Shown piece by piece: positions 51,471 through 64,000 of a DNA stretch of 64,000 nucleotides. Every line of letters starts with the position of its first letter. Within the stretch, counting starts at the first letter, position 1. The stretch lies in assembly GCA_016748015.1 (NCBI GenBank), contig JAAOMT010000134.1, forward strand, positions 1,122,757-1,186,756, written 5' to 3'. This stretch comes from Geosiphon pyriformis uo1. Lineage: Eukaryota; Fungi; Glomeromycota. Made by a program: the position numbers and the translations under genes. Below the pieces are notes generated by a model. That model worked only from the letters and a program-made list of their open reading frames with translations, did no database searches and had not been told where the DNA came from.

Positions 51471-54253
51471 TCACCTCTCATGTTCATCTCCGGTATAAGG
51501 GGTACTAAACGCTATAGCTGAATCTAGTCGAAAACTGACACAGTACATATCTTTGTTTGGGGCAACACTACGGACAAATTGCACCTTAAAAGCATCCGTT
51601 GAAATATTTGACGCTTCATCACCAAAAATTGTCTTTATGCGCTGATAAAGGATCACAAATAATTTTTTAATATAAGGAGAGGATTTATATATATATATGG
51701 AAATTGAATCAATCAAAGTTTTTAAGAATATAAAATTTTTTTTTTTTTTTGGAAATCAGGAAATGATTGTGGGATACACAAACCTCAATTAATTCAGTTT
51801 CAGGTGTCACACTCTTTGAAAAGCAATGACAATGAATCATTGGTAAATTTATGGCTGATGAATCAAACAATGATTGCATATCACGATACAGGCCTTTAAA
51901 CATATCTTTTTATGGAATTAATAATTAAATATCAGGAACCGATTTTCAAAGATCAATTAAAAAAAAAAAACTATGGCATGGAAAGATTTCAACTTACCCA
52001 AAAATTCAATAGCCATTGCAGGCAAGTTCATCACAAAATGGTCAAAAGTTCTGAATTTTATTGGAGTTTTTTGTATTTCAGTAGAGGGATCTTCAGGGTT
52101 AGGATTAGATATTGATTCAGTTTTATTCTCGTTAGGAGTCGTTGATTTCTCTCTTTTTACATTTTTTCTCTTGTTATCATCATCATCAGTAGATGACTCA
52201 TTATAATGATAAGTTGAAGTTTCTGACGCGATTTTCAAGTCATTTACAATTTTTCTAATGAATTCTCTTCCGTCCAAGTTGTAGGGAATTATTCTGTTTT
52301 GTACCTATTAAAGAGTTGATTAAACAATATATTTAATTGTATTTTAACGAATCAAATTAATAAAATTACAATGGAGGTTTACAATTAAAAAAATAGTACC
52401 TTATTCAATTCACTATTCTCTTTTAAATATTTATAAGAAACAGGATTTAAGTCGTTGGCATAAACGATGCAACCTTTTTTTGCTGCTGGAACGGCAAAAG
52501 GACCCACCCCGGCAAATACATCACCTTTAAGAAAAAAAAAATTTTTTTTTTTTTTTTTGAATTTAATGATGAAAAATTGATTATAAATAATTTATTCAAT
52601 TGAAAATTGAAAATTGAAAATTGAACTTTACATATATATTCCCCTTTTTTAAATAAATTCACCAGACGTTCATGTTCTGAATGTAAACGTGAATTCCAGT
52701 ATACTTGGGAAAAATCAAGTCTAAATTTGCAATTTCCTTCCTTCTATAAAAAAATATTATGAATCTCTGACATCAAATTAAAAACCCCCCCCTCCTCCTC
52801 CACCAAATAATCAAAGTAATTATGATATTATTAATACGTCATCGTACCACTTCAGTAATCATATTATCAATCCCTGCCAATACTTCCATCTTAAAGAATC
52901 GGAAAGTAGTGTCGATCGAATCAGTTTTGTTAACCACGGTGGTAATTTTTGAATTTTTCTAATTATTATGAAATTTAAATGTTATAAAAAATTTTTCAAT
53001 ATTTGATTCAGTTTATTTACAATTTAGAAATTTCTAATGTAAAGAAAAATGACTTACATCAAGGATTACTTGTCCGATAATATTTTTCCATGGAATAAAT
53101 TCTTCCCTTAAATTCATATGCGCTAAAAATTATAATCATAATTGTGAAACATTATCAAAAACTTGTTAGAAAATTATTCCCAATATTTATTGATATACAT
53201 TCAAACAGTAATATTGTTCGAACTTACCAATATGTCCAACTTGAGTGAAAGAAGATGGTATTTCACCGCCCTCAGGAAGTATAGCTTTCAAAATATCGTC
53301 TGAATTTATTCAATTTTTCGCGATAGATAGGACAAATCGAAAATTTACAAAGTCAATGGCTTCTTCTTTTTTTTCCTACTATCACAAATTTATTCATCAA
53401 CAAATTTAAAAATAATTACATATCTACCAGCTCCCCAATATCCATAATCAAGATCAACAATATGCTTTACGAAACCAAGTCCTTCTTTATTTATCAAATC
53501 TCGTGAATCTTTGGATATATTTTCATCAAATAGTTCTAAATTGTGTGTTTCAACAAAATTATTGAGTTTTTTCTTGGTAGCATCCAATCCCCAGTAGTTT
53601 ATATATATATAGAGATTTTTCATCCTCGAGACTAATATGAATTAAAGCCCTTTTTCGCTGCTCTATCTTATGAATTAAGTTTGTCTAATCATATATATTA
53701 CACACCTAAATACAATCAAATCTTTTTTTAAGAAAGGCAAGAAACTTTTTGCGTGATATTGAGAGTAGTGAAACCAATAATGTCTTGGTACACTTTGTAT
53801 GTTTTTTTCCAGTCTCGCGAAAAAAATTTCCTGCCTTATCCATTGATGAAAAATCCATTTTGTGAAAAAAAAAAAAAGTCTTCCCTTTTTTAAAAAATAA
53901 CTCTATTGTGTATAGCTCTTATCATTGAAATGCAAATCAAAATAAAATACTGGCCTCCTACCTAAACTTTGAATCTCAGGCTTCAACAAAATTATTCTGG
54001 TTGTCTTTGAGCCTGGCTCTTCGGCCACATTCTTCATTTTTGGTTGGTTAAATAGGTCGCTGAGAAAACAAAAGTTAGACTGAGTGCAGCCTGAAAAGGA
54101 ATAAGCGAGAAGTTGACTAACTCACTCTTTCAGAATTTTCAAAAATTTTGCTGTGGAATTTGCAGAAACTCTTACTCCAACAAGTACTACAGAAGTGCGA
54201 AATAATTCGCGTTGCAGGACCGTCATTCCACGAACGATTGGAGGGGAGATCAT
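51471..54253 (-). CDS. TRM5: tRNA (guanine-37-N1)-methyltransferase
   Basis: [62 protein letters not shown] and [15 protein letters not shown]. Confidence 0.94.
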
Positions 54254-54459
54254 TCTCTCGTGGATAAATTTCGTTGAAATAATAATAATAATATTATTAT
54301 TATTATTCTACCCTACGATATATTTAAATGATAAAAAAAACTGTTCCTTGATTGGCTGAAATTTTCATTTTGTTTATGATCTCATTGGACCCAAAAACCC
54401 CCGCGCGTTCTCTTTGATATTTCGAATTACGCTTTTGTCCTTGATTAAAAATTTACAGA

Positions 54460-57400
54460 ATGTCAAACCCGCGTAGGACTACTTTACCACCCCATGCACC
54501 CCCAACTGAAAGTGCGCGTAGTGGTATATACCATCCGACTCTGTCGGAAATTCAACAAGATTCCATCTCTATTCTAGCTGAAATCCACTGGATAAGTAAG
54601 GATCCTGCTTTACGAAAGTGGGATCCGAAAGTTGTGGAACAAATTTATTATGAGGAATTAGAGGAAAATGATTTCACTACTAAAAAATTGATGTTGCTAG
54701 AATTTAGTCAATATCTCGAAAAAGTAATTTAATTATGACCTCCCTGCCTTATTCGTTTATAACTTGCAAAACTCAATATAATTCAAAAAAGTCTTTTCCC
54801 TTTTCTCCTAATTCAAGTATATATGGCCAAATTTTGACGCTAATTCAGCATCATTAGCTCATGTTTTATCCATAGTCCTTATGGTTAATGAAAAATTCAG
54901 GGAACGAGTATCCACTTGGGGAAAGTTGATCTTTATATTCTAATAATTAAAAGATTGAGCTACTTCAAAATTTCAAGGGTCCTAACATGAAATTTATATC
55001 TCCACAGACAGCTTTGTGAACAACCCTTCACAGTTTCCGGCTTTTTTCAATCGTGTTCTCCATTTGGCAATCACTACTCAAGCAGATTCTTTGACATTGG
55101 GTGTTCGTAGATTCATTCTGATATTCCTTATACATTCTTTCCAAAGCCTAGAGAATAGTCTAATAAGGACAGAATGCCTGCGGTAGGTTGGACAGACAAA
55201 TTTATCTTTTCCAATTAAAGCTCTTTATGAACAAATAAGCTGAAATTTGACTCTTTCAGATTAGTCTTCATATCCATATGGGGTTGTCTCGCCTCTGGAG
55301 CTCGGAGAGATCATGAATTAAAGTTACACAAAGATCATAAAGATAATTGGTCAAGATTTTCAAAGAAACTGCGGCACTCTGGTATATTATCAAAATCTTC
55401 TTTCCAAACTAAACGATACAACAATTTATTTATTTATTTTAAATTTTTTTGCCATTTAGACGAAGCACAGAAGGAGAAGATTCAGTTTGAAAGTTCATGG
55501 TTGAGTGAATTGCTAAAAGGATTTGTGGAGATTTTGTATTCTATACCAGAATCAGGAGACAGTAAAGTACTTCATGTTTTGGAATCTAGATTAAAGTTTT
55601 CCATAGAACTGTTCTCTTTTCACTCATCGCCAAATATTTTAAAATATTATTAGCAAATCCTGATGCGATAGCATATTGTGAACGTTTTCTTGAATTTTTG
55701 ATTGATCTTGAAGCTCAACTTCCCACTAGACGCTACTTCAATACTCTTCTCGAAGATCACCAAATTGTTGTGCTTTGCAGATTGGCACCAATAGTTAACC
55801 GCAAGGAAGGCAGGTTGGCACCAACGAATAAGATTTTTTTCTTATTTTTCGATTCAACCCCTAAATTCATTATTGATTTAACTCAGCGAGCTGTTCATGC
55901 AACTTTTGGAGACATTAAAATTCTACGCCGGATTTGAAATCAACGATTTCAATGGTTTAGCATTAACTGTTGATGAGATGACTGCACTACACTGTAAAAA
56001 GCTTTCCAATTTACAGGTGAACATTTATTGAATGAGATTAGGCTACAATGTCGGGTTTGATAAAAGGAAAAATTAAACTTTCTTATTATTCAGCATATCG
56101 CCTTTCGCCATTTTAAAGACACGTTGCAAACTCTCGCATTATCCAATTTCGCAGCTATTGAGAATCGTGCCGATTTAAAAAAGTACTTCGAGCCTCTAAG
56201 TCATGACGAAATAGTTCGATTATGTGATTTGTTACATGTTCGAACTCGAAGGCTAGTAGGCGATAATGTTTATGACAAAGATTTTCTTTTGGAAGTTTTG
56301 ATTTCAAGATTCGAGAAACGCAAGAGTCAAATTGATACTATCAATTCGATGCCCCTTTATCCGGACGAGGTAATATAGTTGATCGTGCTTTTTGTTGCTG
56401 TTCGCCATTAGGCTTTTTTAATATTCTTTTAATTATAATTAGAATGCACTTTTTGATGAGGCGGTTGTAAAAACTCAATTTTATTCCGGAGAAACTCCCC
56501 TGGCTCTGCCTAAACTTAACTTGCAATTTCTCACGATTCATGATTATCTTTTGCGAAATTTCAACTTATTCCGTCTTGAAAGTACCTATGAAATAAGACA
56601 AGATATTGAGGATGTAGTGAAACGGCTGGCACCCCGAATTGCTTACCCCATCAGCAGAACGGAGTTTACCGGGTGGGCTCGAATGGCTGTGGAGGTTGAT
56701 CGGTTTAGGTAGTGTATCTTGTGAACGTTTATGATCATTTTAAATCTAAATTTTTACACATTTCATTCCTGTAGTATTGTTGAAGTTTCTAAACCAAATC
56801 TTGGCGAAGAGCACCCGTCATTAGTCAAAGCTGACGTAGATTATCCTACGATCTTATATTTTTATTTTTTCATTTTGTCAAACATGTAAACTTACAATCG
56901 TTCATCAATAGGTGACATTCAACCTTGGCCGGTATACGGAATCGATTCGTAACGAATGGGATTCCCTCAAACAGCATGATGTCTTATTTCTTATGACTAT
57001 TGAAGCTGATGAACAAACTGCGGAGAAATATCGAGATGACTTGCCTTTCAGGTTAAATTCTCTTGAAAGCTATATATCCTCGTTCACCTTGGATTAACAG
57101 ACTAATTTACCAAAAAATCAGACAACATTTTGGCCTCAAGTATGTTAGAGGTTGTGAAGTTAGTGAGATCATTGGAGATGATGGTGAGTTTTAAATTTTG
57201 GCATATATTTCAATGTTGAAATTAAATTAAATTTTGCTAGCTACTTTTTAATATAAATTAGGGAAACCAATTGATGAAGTTGGTAAGCCACGCATTGAAG
57301 ATCGTAAACCAAAAATTTCTGGCAATATGCGTACGCTTCGTGTATTATTAGACACTAACCAATACAAGGTATTTCTATGTTTCATTACATATACTATGTT

Positions 57401-60400
57401 TGTCAATAGCTACAAGCGATATCAGCCTTGCTCAAGCTACATCAATCCGACATTAGTTGGACATGGACCGATACTCTAAAGAAAAAGATGAAGATGTTTA
57501 TGAAACTTTCAATATCTTGATGAGAAGAAAGCCCAAAGTAGGTTATCCTTATCTAGAAACATCTTTTCTTTTTTCGGATACCCTAAGCTCAACAACATTT
57601 TCCTACAGGAAAACAACTTCAAAGCCGTTCTTGAAACAATCCGCGATTTAATGCAAAGTGAATTGGTAGTACCAGACTGGTTGCATAATGTCTTTCTAGG
57701 ATACGGTGATCCTGGCAGTGCACACTATCGCAGAATGCCAAACCCTCCTAAGGAAATTGACTTTCGCGATACATTTTTAGATTACGATCATTTGGAAGAA
57801 AGTTTTCCAGAGGCGGTAAGCTCGGGTTGCCCGTCGAAAGATTAGCCTATTTTTATTGAACAATTTATTCAATTACATTTTAGGAAATTATTCCTGCGAA
57901 TGGTTTCAAGAGACCAATTTCTCCCCCATATATCCTTCAATTTTCCGAACCAACTGACACTTCACCATCAAAAAAGCGAAAATCGCAAAAGGAAATTGAC
58001 AAACCAAAACCTAAAGTGAAAGACAATAAAATCATTGTTAGAACTTACTCAATGCCGAACATGGGTCCTTATCTCTTTAATCAGCCTAGAAAAAACACAA
58101 TAAAATTCACTCCAATACAAGGTAAGCGGAATAAATTCTTTAACCCTCCCCAATATTTGACCAATTCTCATATAAATTTGCCTTTTTCTATTAATCATCT
58201 AGTGGAGGCTATAAGAGCTGGCAGTAATCCTGGGTTAACCATGGTTGTTGGCCCACCTGGAACTGGTAAAACAGACGTTGCTGTTCAAATAATCGCCAAT
58301 TTGTATCATAATTTTCCCAAGCAACACACCTTGCTAGTCACGCACAGCAACCAAGCATTGAATCAATTATTTGAAAAAATCATGGCTCTTGGTGGGTGAC
58401 GGCCTTTTTTTTTTTTTTACAGCTGTTTACGCTTTGGATAACTAAAAGCCATTCATTATACTTCTTCTTTTTTCTTTTGCAGATGTTGATGAACGCCATT
58501 TATTACGTTTGGGCCACGGCGAGGAGGAGCTCAATACCGAGCTGAGTTTTAGCAAATACGGGAGAGTCAATTCGTTCTTGGTAATAAAGTGAAGTTTGAA
58601 AGTGATCTGAATAATCATATGGGCTGAACTAACATATAATAAACTTTTAGGAAAAACGTCTTGGTCTCCTTGCTGAAGTCGATCGACTAGCCGAGTCCCT
58701 AAAGATTGGGGGTGAACATGGTTATACTTGTGAGACAGCTGGTTATTTCTATTTATATCATGTGCTTTCTAGATGGGAGCCTTACCATGACAAATGTCGC
58801 CAAGGATTGGAAGTCTCAAGTGAAAAAACGGAAACAATAAGAGATGAGTTTCCGTTCGCCGATTATTTCACCAACGTCCCACAACCACTTTTCCCGCCTG
58901 ATGCAAATTATTCCGAGACATTAGAAATTGCCGAGGGATGCTTCCGCCATATCGAAAAAATATTTGTTGAATTAGAAGAAATTCGAGGATTTGAGTTGCT
59001 GAGAACAAGCTATGACCGAGCAAATTATTTATTGACTAAAGAAGCAAAAATTATTGCAATGACCTGTACACATGCCGCACTAAAGGTTCTTGACCATTTT
59101 ACTTTTTGTATAAGATGTTATTGTGATTAACTATTATTGGAAATTTCAGAGACGTGAACTTGCCACCTTAGGCTTCAAATATGATAATGTATTAATGGAA
59201 GAAGCTGCACAAATTCTCGAAGTTGAGACCTTTATTCCACTCCTACTTCAAGAAACAGAAGATGGTCGAAGTCGACTCAAAAGAGTGATTATGATAGGGG
59301 ACCATAATCAGCTACCACCTGTTGTAAAAAATATGGCTTTCCAACAATATGGAAATATGGAACAGAGCTTATTCACAAGATTTGTCAGGTTGAATGTCCC
59401 TACTATTGATCTGAATTCTCAGGTAAGATTTTTTCTGTTCCTTTTTTACTGACTGAACTTTTAATCATTTATTACCCAATTAGGGTCGTGCTAGAGCATC
59501 CATTGCCGAATTATTTAATTGGCGATATCGAAATTTGGGAAACTTGCCAGTGATATCTACAAATCCCGAATATCAAAAGGCAAATGCAGGGTAAATTTCA
59601 TTGATGTTAAACACTGATGTTTCCCCTTATCCCTGAGCTCCAACGCTAACTTTTGATGCCCATAGATTTACATATGACTATCAGCTAATCGATGTGCAAG
59701 ATTACCTTGGCAAAGGGGAAACAGAACCTGTACCTTACTTTTACCAGGTTAGAATTTAACTTCAAGATTAACCAACCAACCAACCCACCACCTTTTCGTG
59801 TTTTTTTTTTCAATCCAATTTTGATTTTATCAGAATCTTGGGGAAGCTGAATATGTTGTTGCCGTCTTCCAATACATGCGACTGTTAGGGTAATTATTTA
59901 AAAGAATTTTACGATCCGTTCTATTTCTACTATGTGATCTCCTATTAATCTCATAAAATGACAGATACCCTGCAGACCAAATCAGCATCCTGACAACATA
60001 CAATGGACAAAAGGCTCTAATACGTGACGTGTTAAAGAAACGTTGCTCTTGGAATCCGTTGTTTGGGCGACCCGCCAAAGTGACCACCGTAGATAAATTT
60101 CAAGGACAGCAAAATGACTGTAAGGATTTTTTTTCTATTTAAGACAAAGGCCTATGAAAATTTTAAAATGTTTCTTTCCTTCAAAATACAGACATTCTTT
60201 TGTCATTGGTGCGTACGAGATCTGTTGGTCACATTCGTGACGTCCGTCGTCTTATTGTGGCAATGTCTCGTGCACGTTTGGGTCTGTACGTATTTTGTAG
60301 GCGGGCGTTGTTTGAAAACTGTTATGAGTTAACACCAACTTTCAACAAATTATTGGAAAGACCCGATCGATTAAAACTCATAATTAATGAAATGTGGCCT

Positions 60401-60631
60401 TCAGAAAGAGCAGTAAGTGGTGCTCGCTATAATTAACCGTCCTTAGTTGAGCCTAAATTAGTTGTATTTAGTTGTTTATTATTCATTACTTTTTAGGTTG
60501 AGGATCACGGTAATCCCTATGAAATAACAGATGTTACGCATCTCGGCCAATACGTATATCAGATGATGCAAGAACAGCTGGATTTTGCCAAAGAACAAAA
60601 AGCAAAAATGGAACTTGAAGAATCTCTGTAG
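54460..60631 (+). CDS. AQR: Aquarius intron-binding RNA helicase (~25 introns)
   Basis: [74 protein letters not shown] and VAMSRAR. Confidence 0.97.
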
Positions 60632-61792
60632 TGTCCCTTATATATTAAAGATAACCAGGGATTATTTCGAGTATTCTAAACCAATAAAAATTGTAAACAT
60701 AGAATATTGCTTTGTTCAAGACAATTAATTCTTAAAATTGATACTATTACTTGTGTTGAGCATTAATAATTTATTCATAAATTTTCAAAATTTTTGAATC
60801 TATTTAATTAGAGAACGTAAATCGACGAACTTAAGTTTTTGATGCTTAAATCGGAAATTCTTTCATTATTTTAGCTGCCACTCAATTTTTATAATAGATA
60901 TATATTATACTTGAATTCTGGTCCGTCAGAAACGTGTTATCACTAATTCTCACTTGCTTTGGCAGACCTTTAAAATCAAAGGAATTTTAGCTTATTTTGA
61001 ATAAAATTGACTAAAAGCAATTTAAAAAATCAAGTTCAGAAACATAATATGAGAAATTAATCATCAATGCCGTAGCAAATATGAATTAGCATGGTTGTAA
61101 AAGTTAAGCATCATTACATGTGAAATTCACAGGTACTTTTTGCCAGTGAAAGGCTTATCGAATCGATAATTGGAATATTTACCTTGGATCTTGGAAGTTC
61201 AAAAGAATTAAAGCCCGCGGGATAGGAGAATGAGAAGTTGGAGAGAAGAAAAAAAGATGAGTAAGAGTTTCATGTTCAATTTCGTGATGAAAAAAAAAAA
61301 TGAAACTGTTTTTTTCATTAATTCAAGGTTGAAACCCAGCCGTTCAGAATTTAAGGGGATATACCTTCAAGTGCCTAATTGGCATCACTGAACCTAATGC
61401 GTTTAACTGATGATAAAAAAATTTTAGTAACTGTTATTCAAGAGTTTTGACAAGACAAAATATATATTTCAATATATCTCAGAATTGATAACTAGTCAAT
61501 CCACATTATTTTTCGGACTGGGGCGACAAGTTCAGTCATCATTTTTTTTACACTGATTGGAGAAAGACGAGCGAAATAAAGATAATAAATTAAACATACC
61601 TCACGCGGGAATAAAAATTTTGAATCAAAAATGTCAGTTATTAAATAAAAAAAATGAAAAAAAAAAGTTGCAGCACAAATTCTCATCGTGGCGTTCACAT
61701 GGCTGGTGTGTGGCACATCATCTTTTCCAGTTTGATCAGTTAGTTTATAAATACCTGAGTTTCGGGAAATTTTCCCCACTTTGATTGTAATT

Positions 61793-63405
61793 ATGTCTAA
61801 CGAAATCTCCCTAACTGCTCCTTCCTCACCTGCTTCGCAATTATCAACGACAGAGGGAAACGCGCCTATTTTTAAACGTGGCTACTGGAAAAATGAATGG
61901 AGGAGTGCTCAGAATGCACTGAGTAGTATTCAGCAGTCCTTGTCCTCTTTCCCTTCTCCGTCTTTGCGAATCATGCGGGTCAGTCAACTTGACGCAGATT
62001 TACTAGACCTTGAGCTTTTTGGAATGCTTAAAGAACAGCTTTGGACAGCTTTTGCCTTGTTTTCGGTTTGTAGTCACTACTGTGAGATATGTTTTTTTAA
62101 GAAACTTTATTTTATTTCTTTCACTTCCTTTATTGGTCAACAATACCCTTTATCAACCTGGCATGCGTGACCTTTGCAGCCAACCTTTAAAGAGACGTTT
62201 GAACCCGAACTTGTAGCCCTCCTACAATTTGCCTTATATCGGTTGTCTATATATGATAGTGACGCTACGTATGGTGCCCAATTGCAGAATTTGAAGTACC
62301 GCAACGAGAAAGCTCATGGTGGTGGATGTGCGCGTTGAAATACGGGTTTTTTACGTTGTCATTGGAGTTTTGTTTTTAATATTTCTAAACGCCCAATATT
62401 ACTCGAGAATAATTCCCAGAAGTCTAGCTATTAGATGCTTGGCTTCAACTTCCTCACACATTTGTGTTTATCAATAATAAATAGTCCAATCAACGGCCAC
62501 CAACGCGCCACTTACCAAATTTCAGCGAATGCTTTATGGTGCACTGAATGTCGGTGGACAATACGTTTGGATGCGTATCAATCGATTGATGACAGCCCAA
62601 GGCTGGGGAGAATTGAGAGAGGTGAGCTGTCTATTGTGATGTGTAATATTTAACATTGATTTCGCATTTTGAAAGCTTAATTACTTTTCGTTAGAGTGAG
62701 CCGCGAAAGATATTTTGGAAATTTATGCAAAAAGCAGAAAATATTTTTCGAGCGCTTTCCCTTGCTAATTTCTTGTTATTTTTATATGACGGAAAGTGAG
62801 TAAAATCTTAGATTCAATTCGAATATCAATTTAGGCTTTTCAATAATTAATTTTTGATCTTTTCTTAGATATCGTACGTTAATCGATCGCGTTCTTTCCA
62901 TGAGGCTTGTATATGCTCGTCGCATGATGAGCCGACAAGTCAATTTTGAGTTTCTGAATAGACAATTGGTGTGGCTGGCATTCACAGTATGTATTTCTTG
63001 GCCTTTTTTTAGTTCAAAACAGTTTTTAAATGATTAACCAGTCATATCTCTCGGTTCTAGGAATTTCTTTTATCCCTTATGCCGCTAATTAATCTTCGTA
63101 AAGTGAAAAATATTATCAAAGGCAAAATCTTACCAAAATCTTACACCAAATCCAACATTCTGGATTTTCTGCCAGAGCATATTTGCGCAATTTGCCACGA
63201 AAACCAATCTAGTAGTACATCGGCTTCCTCAGGAGCGACAACTGCTAGCTCCAAAATAAACAATCCTTACGAAACAAACTGCGGCCACAAGTATTGTTAT
63301 TACTGTATAAAAAGTAAACTAATATTAGAGGATGGCACTTGGCAGTGTTTGAGGTGTGGTGAGGAAGTTAAAAGTATCGAAAGAGCAGTAGAACGAAAAT
63401 CATAA
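61793..63405 (+). CDS. PEX2: Peroxin-2 RING ubiquitin ligase
   Basis: RVSQLDADLLD, ATYGAQLQNLKY, NFEFLNRQLVWLAFTEFL and a C3HC4 RING (CAIC...CGHKYCYYC...CLRC). Confidence 0.94.
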
Positions 63406-63800
63406 GACCAAGGTGGAATGGAGGCATTCAAGTAAATACAAGGCAAGAGTAGCAGGATTGTAAATGAAAACGAGTAAACCGATTATCCCAACTAGATAAG
63501 AATGAATAGCAAGCTAGAGAATGGAAATTTAGAAAAACGATTTGTTTTTATTTGCTTTGTTTGGGAAATGGCTCAAGCTTTCAAAAATCGGACCCTAAAA
63601 TAAATTCTAGCTAAGTATATAAAAAAGATTTCTTGTGATTATGAAAGGTACTCTGGATTGATATAGATTTGAAAGAATATACGGACACCTCCAAGAGAGA
63701 AGCATAATGATGTAAATTATGTATAGGACGGAAATAATTCATTGAGACAGTGTATTAAAAGTATTTGATCCTGATGACGTATTAGTAGAAGGTACGTGAT

Positions 63801-63998
63801 TTATCCAGTAGTGAGTAAATTTCTTGTCCAGGAACGACTATCAGCGACCAATGCGATGAGAAATGGTGAGTTATGGAGCACATCGAAACGTAAATCTTTC
63901 TTGACACCATGTGCAATTTCTAATTTGGTGTTAAACAAGGTCAAGGCTCCCCACAGGGTGGTCAAGTCTCTTTGGAATGCGGGATTTATATGATAGTA
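63801..63998 (-). CDS. Possible last exon of a gene extending beyond the window
   Basis: Open frame from the window edge YYHINPAFQRDL...RNLLTTG* with coding-like GC. Product not recognised. Confidence 0.35.
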   Translation of the reverse strand, partial: YYHINPAFQRDLTTLWGALTLFNTKLEIAHGVKKDLRFDVLHNSPFLIALVADSRSWTRNLLTTG

Positions 63999-64000
63999 AA

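Noticed and set aside
53550-53655. U11 snRNA-like start AAAAAGGGCTT with a downstream AATTTTG on the minus strand
   Set aside because: The closing GCUUC/GAAGC helix and stem-loops are absent and the middle is an (AT)n run; likely chance.
61284-61390. Box C (GTGATGA) and box D (CTGA) snoRNA candidate
   Set aside because: No terminal stem and no exact rRNA-complementary guide could be identified.

Overview
Eukaryotic, intron-rich fungal DNA. Gene and kinase types suggest Glomeromycota/Mucoromycota (inference). There are two compartments. (1) 1-~37.2 kb is a nest of decayed retroelements. It holds three copies of one Ty3/Gypsy lineage: A (1-2380, +, 3' part only), B (3281-13318, -, full length, TSD CTAT) and C (17702-28752, +, full length). 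C sits inside the RT of an RNase H-bearing LINE (~13645-31552), and a solo LTR of another family (22814-23796) sits inside C's dUTPase. An ORF1-only non-LTR element (~31675-33960, -) follows, whose 115-nt 3' UTR is colinear with the LINE's 3' UTR. The Gypsy lineage has an unusual layout: Gag-PR-Cys-rich domain-dUTPase-RT-RNaseH, stop, separate integrase ORF, ~220-codon extra ORF, PPT. All TEs are hit almost only by C>T/G>A transitions. One TKL-type kinase lies between nearly GC-free tracts. (2) ~37.2-64 kb is a dense gene block: DUF4203 membrane protein, EMC4, phosphopantetheine adenylyltransferase, eIF2B-beta (with a U12-type AT-AC intron), TBCA, cytochrome b561 protein, GatB/PET112, TRM5, Aquarius, PEX2 and a possible partial gene at the right edge. 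All alignments and counts were done by hand; no database searches were run.
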